DNA of 64,000 nucleotides from NCBI RefSeq assembly GCF_963921235.1, contig NC_086107.1, positions 111,662,001 to 111,726,000 on the forward strand, given 5' to 3'. A program made the translations under genes and the position numbers. Below the pieces are notes generated by a model, which was not told the DNA's origin, ran no database searches, and worked only from the letters and a program-made list of their open reading frames with translations. The DNA comes from Mobula hypostoma. Lineage: Eukaryota. This document shows, piece after piece, positions 53,401 through 64,000 of this stretch (position 1 is the first letter of the stretch; each line of letters starts with the position of its first letter).

Positions 53401-54320
53401 ATCCCAAAGTGGTGTGCACTTTGAGAACGTTACATATGATATTCAGGAGCTACAGTTGTCAGGGGCAGGAACAACATGTAATCCTCATTCCTGATTCCCT
53501 TTGAAAAGGTGATGGTAGTTTGCCACATGAAGTACTGACTTATTGGTGAACGTGCTTCCACAGTGTTGTTGCGTAAGAAATTCCAGGTTAAGACCCAGTG
53601 ACAGAGGAGCAATCAGACAATTTACCTCAAGCCAGGATAGTATTCAACTTGGAGACGGACAGGATTGATGCCTTTGCCAAACATCATCAGCCCTTGTCCT
53701 CCGAGGTGGTGGTGGTTGCACTTGTGGAAAATACTGTTGAAGTATTTGTGATTGCAGTAGGTTTATTAGATGCTACAATGCAATGTGATGGAGTGTGTAA
53801 AAAATTAGGGTGATATTGGTGCTCCAGTGAAATAGGCTTTATCTAGGATTGTTATGATTTTCTTCAGTGTTGTAGGTCTACTCACCCACGCAGATGGACA
53901 GTTTTCCATTATCCTCCTGACGTATGATGCTGGAAGGGCTGTGGATAATCAAACCTCTTCACTTAAGCCCATCACCCCTACTGAGCCATAGGCCGCTGAC
54001 AGCAGCTCGCCAGAGTCCTCTGTCCTGGCCCAATCTTTCAAGTTGTCCCCAGGTGTAGACCTTTATCTTGGTCTATGCTTATCCTTCCTCTTCCTGGGAT
54101 GAGGTCTATTGGCCTTACAGTAGCTCTAGGGTTTTACGGGATGGGGTTGCTAGCCTCCGCCTTTTGGAGTTGAGATTGGGACCGTCCTTGGCGGAAGATG
54201 TGGGGAGTCAAAAGTTGTCCAATAATCTTCCTACTGACTAAGCTGCAGTTACAGCCACAAGGCTTTATGTGACTCGTCCCACTAAATTTACAGTACCAAC
54301 ATTGCTTGTTTTTGTTTCAG

Positions 54321-54467
54321 TCATATTACTTCGACCGTTATGATGTTGCTTTGAGAAACTTTGCCAAGTTTTGCTTGGAGCAGTCTGCTGAAGAGCAGAA
54401 GCATGCTGAGAAGCTGATGGAGTTTCAGAATATGCGTGGAGGCAGCATTGTCCTGTATGATATCAAG
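54321..54467 (+). CDS. Ferritin E exon 2
   Basis: [49 protein letters not shown]; 147 nt; AG/GTTAGT. Confidence 0.95.
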
Positions 54468-55674
54468 GTTAGTGGGAGAGAAGTATCCCCATCATCTTCA
54501 TCACTTTTCTCATCCCGTCTTTTGAAATAAGAATAACTTTACAAGATGAGGGTGTTGGATAGGTGATCGTAAGTCATTTTCAGTATAACTTCGGTAATAG
54601 TGTCGGTGTGCAGAGTGACCTGTGTGTCAATCCAATTGAATCCCTGAAGTCAAAGTGCGGGTAACTTAATTACTTACTGTCCATTATGCCGCTGGTGTTT
54701 AGGGAAGCAATGAAGATCCTCTATCTCCGTCTGTACAGAAAGGTTCTTCATTGCTGTTTCCATAACAATCGCTTTTTGATAAGTCAGGGTTGTTAGCCCT
54801 GAGCTGAACCCCCAAACCCAGAGGATTTGTGGACCACTCTGAGTCTGGCTTCTACCCTTTGACCTGCTTGGCATGGGTGACCCTACCAGGAGCCAAAGCA
54901 CAAGACCCTGACTCCAGCCAACATAGCTCTCCGGGACATTGAGGCACGCAAGCCTCCAAACCCTATGACAACGTTGTGCAGGGAAAGCAGAGGTATAAAA
55001 GGTCATGAGGGACACACAATGTGAAAGCACGTAGTGTTTTCCTGGGGAGGGGTGTTAAAAACAAGAAGGCATGCGTTTAAAGCCAGAGGCAAGAGATTTA
55101 AGTGGGACATCAGGGGCAGCTTCTTCTCACAAGGGGTAGTGTGTATTTGGAGTGGGCTGCCAGTGGGTTGAGGTGGGCAAATCTTGATAAGGATATGAAT
55201 AGGAGAGGTTTAAAGGGCTGTGGGCCAAATGCAGGTAGATGGGACTAACTCACTGGACAATGCAGTCAGCATGTTAGGATGAATGCTGTATGATTGTAAT
55301 AAGGAACACAAATAGCGCATTGGGCTTTATGCAAGAGAGTTTGAGAATAACAGTAATGTCTTCTTACTGGAATTACATCAGCTCTGATTAGCCATGTTCT
55401 TAATGAATGGTAGAACAGATACAAAAGATCAAAATGGCCTTTTCTACTTAATTTCTATTTGTGAACAGAAGGGCCTGTATATGGCAGCATTATTTGCCAT
55501 TATCATTCTTGTTGAAAGAGGTTGGGAGGAGCTTTAGCCGACACAAGTGATATAGATTTTATACACGTTACACAGTACAGGCACTTTGTGTCAGAGGTGG
55601 AGCTGGAACCTGTTTGTTAATAGAGCCCCAATCATACATTCTATTGGACGCTGTGAAGCTTCTCGTGTTTTCAG

Positions 55675-55800
55675 AAACCTTTCCAGGATGAATGGGGCAG
55701 CGGCTTAGAGGCAATGGAGCATGCATTGGAGCTTGAGAAAGAGGTCAATCAAAGCATTCTGAACCTGCACAAGCTGGCAAGTGAACAGAACGATCCAAAT
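55675..55800 (+). CDS. Ferritin E exon 3
   Basis: [42 protein letters not shown]; 126 nt; AG/GTAAGT (absent from the ORF track). Confidence 0.95.
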
Positions 55801-57504
55801 GTAAGTATGTAAACCTCATCAAATCATGGGCAGAGTGATTTTATGCTCAAATTTATTGTGCGTAGTTTGGAGGAGTATTCAAAGGCAGCAGTTGGAAATG
55901 CAAAGGTCTACGGAGAGTAAAAGGCCTGAAGGTGGTGTCCAAGGAGACATCATCAGGAAACACGGTTTCAATCTGAAACATTGAGTATTTATTTCCTGCC
56001 ACAGATGCTGTACGAGCCACTGAGTTCTTCCAGCACTTTGTTTTGTTGCTTCAGAGGTACTTCAATTGACTCAATTCTGGAGAAACAGATTTAAGATAAC
56101 TGGCAAAAAAAATCAGTCTAGCCATAACAGTGAAAATAAAAATGTTTTGAGATCTGAAATGTTCTGGTTGAACATTCAAGGAAGCAATTTCAACAGATAC
56201 GTTCAAAGGGGAACTGAGAAACAGCTTGAGAAAAAAAGTCCAGAGGATGATACCAAAGTTCTGGGTCTGTGATTTATGAATTGGACCGTGGTTCTCAGCA
56301 TACATTTATCAATCCTTGTCAGAATCACAAATATGTTGTGACATGGGGAAAGAGAATGAAGAAGATAGTGATGTACTGGTTGTGGGTTGGTTTATTGTTC
56401 GTTCAGAAATCTGATGGTGAAGAGAAAAAAGCTGTTCCTAAAGCACTGAGTTCGAGGTACATTCATTATCAAAGTATGTATGCAGTATACAATTCTGAAA
56501 TTCATCTTCTCGAGACAGCCATGAAGCAAAGAAAGCATGGAAGCCACTCAAAGAAAAGCATCAACCCCCCTCCACACAAAAAAAAAACAAATTGTACAAA
56601 TGGCACAGCAACAGGAACTTCAAACCACTGTCCCCCATTCACAAAAAAACAAATACCTGTAGTGCAAATGGAAGCAAGAAAGAATGGGTGAAAACACAGA
56701 ATATCAAAAACAGAAAACAGAAAAAATCCAAGCGAACCATGGTCCAATTCATAAATCGCAGACCCAGAACTTTGGTATCATCCTCTGACAGCACTGAGGG
56801 AGAGACAGAGACCGTTCGAATGCAGTGCCCTTCCCTTAGGACCAGCATATGCAGTGTGTGTCTTCCCAGACAGTACCTCCTCCCAGATGGTAGCAATGAG
56901 AAGAGGGCATGTTCAGGGTGATGGGGATCCTTAATGACTGATGCTGCCTTTTTGATGCATCACCTTTTGAAGATGTCCTCGATGCTGGGGAGGCTAGTGT
57001 TTGTAATGGAGCTGGTTGAGTTTGCAACCCTCTGCAGTTTTTTTCTAATCCTGTGCAGTGGCCCCTCCGTACCAGACCAGTTAGAATGCTCTCCGCGATA
57101 CATCTGTAGAAATGTTGGAAGAGAAATTTTATAATTCTGCCTGATGTCATTCACCTTGGAAGAGTATACTTTAAATTCCCCCCAGCCTTGATTACCAACA
57201 ATGAACCTGGAAGGAGAGCACACATCGTTTCCCTCATGAGAGGTAGACAAAAGTTACACACAATAGAGCAAAACCTGGACTGAATTTCCTATCAATAATT
57301 TACAAAAGCCAGTCCCGCATCAGTTACTCTGCATTAAATACCAGGTAATAAAACCAATGATTGAAACCTCCTCAACAGTTTGCTCTCCTTAGTAAATTTC
57401 TCTGCACCATGTAGTGAACTTGGCACTTCTTGATTATTTGAAGTGTATAAAGAAGCTTTTCCATTTTCAAGAAACAAAGTATTATTATTATTATTATGTC
57501 TGTT

Positions 57505-58585
57505 GCCTATACAAAGGGATCTGGGAGTACAGATCCACAATTATTTGAAAGTGGTGTCTGTTATGTTTTGTAACTTCAAAATATTAAACTCATTTAGAGG
57601 AAGACATGTGAGTCTAACTTCGGGTTTACTTTAAGCGAGGTGCGCATTTATCAATTGGTAGCATAATGATGTAGGCAATTTGCGTATTTATACGTACAGT
57701 ATAACCCATAATGAATTATTGAAATGAACCAAAAATGCTTAACCTATATGTTTGTGTGTGTGTATATATATACACACAAACACACACACATACATTAATA
57801 CAAGATTATTCAAATAATAAAAAAAATTATATACACAACAGTCTCACAGGTAGATAGGGTCGTAAAAAGCGCTTTTGGCACATCAGCCTTCAGAAGTGAG
57901 AGAGTGAGAGTATTGAATACAGGAAGTAGGATGTTATGTTGAAGTTGTATAAGACATTGGTGAGGTCTAATTTGGAGTATTTATGTGCATCTATGTACAG
58001 GAAGTATATCAATAAGATTGAAATACAGAGAAAATCTACAAGGATATTGCCAGGGCTTGAGGATCTGTGTAATAGGGAAAGGTTGAATAGGTTAGGACTT
58101 TATTCCCTAGAGCAGCCGTTCCCATCCTTACTTATACCATGGATCAATACCATTCAGCAAGGGGTTCATGGACCCCAGGCTGGGAATCCTTGTCCTACAT
58201 TATAAGAAAATGAGAGGAGATTTGATAGAAGTATACAAAATTATGAGGGGTATAGATAGGGTATATGCAAGTAGGCTTTTTTCCACTGAGGTTGGGTGAG
58301 ACTAGAACTAGAGGTCATGGGTTAAGGATGAAGGGTGAAATGTTTAAGGGCAACATGAGGGGAAACATCTTCACTCAGAGGGTGAAAGCGTGGAATGTGC
58401 TATCAGTGGAAATGGTGAATGCAGGTTCTATTTCAACATGTAAGAGAAATTTGGAAAAGTATATGCATGGGAGAGGTACAGAGAGCTATGGTCCAAGCGC
58501 AGGTTGATGGGATGAGACAGAGTATCAGTTCAGCATGAACAAGATGGGCTGAAGGGCCTGTTTCTGTGCTATAGTGCTCTATGAC
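57505..58585 (+). mobile_element. CR1 3' fragment with nested insertions, in ferritin E intron 3
   Basis: MLKLYKTLVRSNLEY, TRTRGHGLRMKGEMFKGNMRGNIFTQR. Confidence 0.8.
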
Positions 58586-59849
58586 TTATTGATATTCATC
58601 TTAAGGTTAAAATATACTGGTCTCATCCCCAAGTGAGCAAACTGCACCTTGGAATTTATGTAGATTTTTTTTTAATTCTAGCGTCTGGCAAAATATCAAA
58701 TAAAATTTTGCACCAAACCACATATTAGGACAGAACCATCAAAGTGTGTTTCTTTCGATCATAGGGATTTTGGTTCAAAGCCCACTGAATTTACAGGCAA
58801 TTTTGGTTTATTTTTGCACAAATTGGGATAGAGCCCAGTTTTATATTTAATAAATAAAATTACATTAGCAATATTTATATATTCAAAGATCCAGTTGGAA
58901 CTTCAATGTTTTGTAACTCTCCATAAATATATTTATGTGTAGCAGGATATCAATACCTTAAATTTCATCTGAGTAGCCTCCAACCTCATGGCATGAATAC
59001 TGATTTCTCCCTTCTGTAAAAGAGATTTATTCCCCATTCTGATCTTTTACCTCTTCTCACCTGCCTATCACTTCTACCTGGGTCCCCTCCTCCTCCCCTT
59101 TCTCTGTGGTGCACTTTCTTCTCCTATCAAATTCCTTCTTTACCAGTCCTTTACCTTTCCTACCCACCTGCCATCACAAATCACCCTCCAGCTAGCCTCC
59201 TTTCCCTCCCTTCAACTTTTTATTGTTGCATCTCCCCCCCCCCACCACTTCCTACTCAGTCCCGAAGAAGGTCTTTGCTCAAAACGTTGACTGTTAATTC
59301 GTTTCCATAGCTCCTGCTATGAGTTCTTTCAGCATTTTGCGTGTGTTACTTTGGATTTCCAGCGTTTGCAGATTTTCTCATGTTTATGAAAAAGTTTATA
59401 CTTTTTGATCAGTAGATGGCTCTCTTACACATAGAAATTAATAGAAGCTAAAAGTGTTTGGATGTAATATCTTTCAGATGAGATGTGCACAGAAACTGTC
59501 AGACCAAATGCTTTTAAAGGGTAAGTATAGCTAGATGGTCAGCCAAAACACGTTGGGCCAAAGGACCATTTTCTGTGCCGTATGAATCTGAGATGACCAG
59601 AAGCTCAGTCGAGCTGTCCTTTAAGGAACATACTAAGAGTAGTAGAGGGAGAAAGATTTGAAAATAAATACATTCTTAAGGACAAATAAAGGCACATTAA
59701 CACTGATAGATAGTGATTAAAATCAGAGGAGTGCCAGTGAGAGATATCAGAAAAAGATTGCTTATACAGAGGTTCAGAGACATGATAACCAATCTGATTT
59801 GTGAGAAGTTTAGAACTTGAAATTTGTCTCACCATTCTTCTTCAAACTT

Positions 59850-61818
59850 GGATGAGTATGCTGCATTAAAACCTGTGTGGATGAGTGTGTGCCTACAAAG
59901 ACCTACTATACATTCCCAAACCAAAAGCCATGGATGAACCAGGAGGTACATTGTCTGCTGAAGGCTAGATCTGTGGCATTCAACTCTGGCGACCCAGGCC
60001 TGTACCAGAAAACAGGTATGATTTGTGGAGGGCTATTTCAAGGGCAAAAAGGCAATTTCAAATGAGGCTGGAGGCGACATTAGATGCGTGACAACTCTGG
60101 CAGGGTTTGCAAGACATTACTTCTTACAAAGTAAAACCCGATAGCATGAATGGCAGTGATACTTCATTACCAGATGAACTCAACGCCTTCTATGCCCGCT
60201 TTGAAAGGGAGAACACAACTACAGCTGTGAAGATCCCTGCTGCACCTGATAACCCTGTGATCTCTGTTTCAGAGGCCTACGTTAGGCTGTGTTTAAAGAG
60301 AGTGAACCTTTGCAAGGCAGAAGGTCCCAATGGAGTACCTGGTAAGGCTCTGAAAACCTATGCCAACCAACTGGCCGGAGTATTCAAGGACATTTTCAAC
60401 CTCTCACTGCTACGGGTGGAAGTTCCCACTTGCTTCAAAAAGGCAACAATTTTACCAGTACCTAAGAAGAATAATGTGAGTTGCCTTGATGACTGTCGCC
60501 CGGTAGCACTCACATCTACAGTGATAAAATGCTTTGAGAAGTTTGTCATGACCAGACTGAACTCCTGCCTCAGCAAGAACCTGGACCCATTGCAATTTGC
60601 TGAACGCCACAATAGATCAACAGCAGATGCAATCTTAACTGCTTTAGACCACCTGGGCAACACAAACACCTATGTCAGGATACGATCATTCCCACAATCC
60701 TGATTGAGAAGTTGCAGAACCTGGGCCTCTGTACCTCCCTCTGCAATTGGATCCTCAACTTCCTAACTGGAGGACCACAATCTGTGCGGATTGGTGATAA
60801 CATCTCCTCCTCGTTGACTATCAACACTGATGCGGTTCAGGCGTTTGTGCTTAGCCCACTGCTCTACTCTCTAGATACCCATGACTGTGTGACTAGGCAT
60901 AGCTCAAATACCACCTATAAATTTGCTGATGATACGACTATTGTTGGTAGAATCTCAGATGGAGACGACACAGCGCACAGGAGTGAGATATGCCAACTAG
61001 TGGAGTGGTGTCGCAGCAACAAGATTGCACTCAACGTCAGTAAGACGAAAGAGCTGATTGTGGACTTCCAGAAGGGTAAGAAGAAGGAACACACACCCAT
61101 CCTCTTAGAGGGATCAGAAGTGGAGAGAGTGAGCAGTTTCAAGTTTCTGGGTGTCAAGATCTCTGAGGAGCTAACCTGGTCCCAACATATCGATGCAGTT
61201 GTAAAGAAGGCTGTTATACTTCATTAGGAGCTTGAGGAGATTTGCTATGTCAACAAATACACTCAAAAACTTCTATAGATGTACCATGGAGAGCATTCTG
61301 ACAGGCTGCATCACTCTCTGGTATGGAGGGGGTGAGGGGCTACTGCACAGGACCAAAAGAAGCTGCAGAGGATTGTAAATTTAGTCAGCTCCATCTTGGG
61401 TACTAGCCTACAAAGTACCCAGGGCATCTTCAGGGAGCAGTGTCTCAGAAAGGCAGCATCCATTAGTAAGGACCTCCAGCACCCAGGGCATGCCCTTTTC
61501 TCACTGTTACCATCAGGTAGGAGGTACAGAAGCCTGAAGGCACACACTCAGCGATTCAGGAATAGCTTCTTCCCTTCTGCCATCTAATTCCTAAATGGAT
61601 ATTGAATCTTTGGACACTACCTCACTTTTTTTTTAATTATAGAGATTTTTGTTTTTGCATGTTTATTTTAAATCTATTCAATATACATAATTGATTTACT
61701 TGTTTATTTATTATTATTATATTTTCCTCTGCTAGATTATGTATTGCATTGAACTACTGCTGCTAAGTTAACAAATTTCACATCACATGCCGGTGATAAT
61801 AAACCTGATTCTGATTCA
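59850..61818 (+). mobile_element. Rex1/Babar LINE (RT region to 3' tail) in ferritin E intron 3
   Basis: [52 protein letters not shown]; AATAAACCTGATTCTGATTC tail. Confidence 0.9.
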
Positions 61819-61915
61819 GTCAAAAGAGCAGTGATTGATACTCCTAACAGTCATAGCATGTGGTGGTTTTGGAGTTTGTGTTTCCCGTGTTGGATGAATT
61901 AAGCGATGATGTTGA

Positions 61916-62107
<192 letters not shown>

Positions 62108-62355
62108 TGACATGCTTTGATAAATGCATCCTCTTAGGGAATGCCCTGTGCTTGGCTTTTATCATTTTCTGCAAATCTTTCCAAATCTACAGAAAAGATT
62201 CCTATATTCACCTGAGAGATGTGTTGCGGTAGATCCCAGTGCCCCCACTGTTAAATTAGAACAATTGTTGCCAATCTAATCCTGGTTAATGTAGGGCCAG
62301 ATTAAAGATGACTTTGAAAAATACTGTGTGTAGAACATGTTGCCATCTGTTTCCA

Positions 62356-62361
62356 AATAAA
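62356..62361 (+). terminator. Polyadenylation signal, ferritin E
   Basis: AATAAA about 250 nt after the stop, followed by a T/GT-rich tract. Confidence 0.65.
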
Positions 62362-62529
62362 ACCTGATAAACTGGACCACTTTGTCTGCTGTTTTTGTTG
62401 GATCAGGAGGAGAACTTAGTCAGTGCATGAGTATGGCAGTTATGTCCTTATTCAGGAAGGGTAGATTTGCAGGATTAACTCCTGTAGTAGTAGTAGTATG
62501 CAATCACTCAAGTCAAAAATGATCATACC

Positions 62530-63440
62530 ACCATAAGACATGGGAATTGGGCTGCTCGGCTCATCAAGTCTGCTCTGACATTCCATCATGGCTGATTTAT
62601 TATCCCTCTCAACTCTATTCTCCTGTCTTCTCCCTGTAACCTCTGATGCCTTTAATAACAAAGAACCTATCAACCTCTGCCTTAAGTGTACCCAATGATT
62701 TGGCCTGCATGGCTGTCTATGGCAATAAATTCCATCCTATGGCTAAAGAAATTTTCCCTCATCTCTGTTCTAAAAGCACATCCCTCAATTCTGTGCCCTC
62801 TGGCCATAGACTCCCCACTATAGGAAACATCCTCTCCACATTCACATTATCCAGACCCCCCAATTTTCAAAGTTCAAAATAAAATTTGTTATCAGAATAC
62901 ATACATGTCAGCACATACAAACCCTGAGATTTTTTTTCTACGGCATACTTGGCAAATCTATAAAACAGTAATTGTAAACTGTAAACATCAGGAACTATAA
63001 TCTGTAAACAAACTGTGCAAATGCAGATATAAACAAATTCAATAGGTTGCAATGAGATCCCTCCAACTCATTCTTCTAAACTCTAGCAAGTACAGGCCCA
63101 GAGCTATCAAACGCTCATTTGTTAACCCTTTCACTCCTGGAGATCATTCTCATGTACCTCCTCTGGACTCTCTCCAATGCCAGCACATCTTTTCTTAGGA
63201 TAAGATGCCCAAAACTGCTTATAATACTTCCAAGTGTGGTCTGATCAATGCCTTATATAGCTTCAGCATTATATCCTTGCTTTTGTATTCTAGTCCCCTT
63301 GAAATGAATGCTATCATTGCATTTGCCTTTCTTACCACCGACTCAGCCTGCTAGTTAACATTTAGAGAATCCTGTACGAGAACACCCAAGTCTCTCTGAA
63401 CCTCTGATTTTTCAACTTTCTCCCCAGTTAGAAAATAGTC
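62530..63440 (-). mobile_element. CR1 3' fragment with nested repeat
   Basis: Similar to 28742-29682. Confidence 0.7.
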
Positions 63441-63837
63441 CAGTTAAGAGATTGTCTACTTGTGGCTGTAGAGACTGATCTGGGATCACCACGGGACATA
63501 ATTCAGGATGTTATGGTGGATTTCCTTAATGGAAAATTGCTATGTGTGATTTTGTTCAATGTGGGGAGGCTGATGCATGGCAGCCACCAGACTGTACTTG
63601 ATAGATGGGTGACCCTACCAAGATGTAAGTTCCAGACAGCATACAAGAATTCACAAGCCACTGTGACTATCCTAGAAGAAGTAACTCCTGTAACTGGTGC
63701 AACACACACAAAATGCTGGAGGAAATGAATACACAGTCGACATCCGGCGCCGAGATCCCTCATCAGGAAGGGTCCTGCATTTTGTGTGTGTTTGTCTAGA
63801 TTTCCAATATGCAAGATTTCTTATGTGCTGTAATTGG

Positions 63838-64000
63838 TGTGGCCTCCTGTATATCAGTGAGACCCGACGTAGATTGGGAGACTGCTTCGCCGAGCACCTA
63901 CACTCTGTCTGCCAGAAGAAGCAGGATCTCCCGGTGGCCACCCATCGTAATTCCACTTCCCATTCCCATCCCGATATGTCAATCCATGGCTTCCTCTACA
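63838..64000 (+). mobile_element. PLE GIY-YIG endonuclease fragment
   Basis: CGLLYISETRRRLGDCFAEHLHSVCQKKQDLPVATH. Confidence 0.8.

Overview
Repeat-rich vertebrate genomic DNA, not prokaryotic. The retroelement repertoire (CR1, Rex1, Penelope-like, Hero, tRNA-derived SINEs) suggests a cartilaginous fish, probably a ray; this is an inference. The only host genes form a tandem ferritin cluster, each gene with the canonical 4-exon, phase-0 structure (exon 2 = 147 nt, exon 3 = 126 nt). (A) 13838-15889: 176-aa H/M-type ferritin with an intact ferroxidase centre. (B) 25781-29894: intact 174-aa paralog that has lost ferroxidase ligands (E62K, H65R), the 3-fold iron-entry channel (H118Y, D131S, E134A) and its net negative charge. 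(C) 36696-37172: orphan, broken exon 4 on the + strand. (D) 38929-43590: inverted pseudogene (exons 3 and 4). (E) 48721-62107: intact 226-aa ferritin with a CpG-island promoter and an obligatory 50-aa Arg-rich N-terminal extension resembling a mitochondrial presequence, i.e. a candidate intron-containing mitochondrial ferritin. None of the three intact genes shows a canonical 5' iron-responsive element. Many Penelope-like element ends carry minimal hammerhead-ribozyme cores, and one forms a near-perfect 200-bp-arm palindrome in intron 1 of gene E. Ferritin residue numbers refer to human FTH1 without the initiator Met, aligned by eye.
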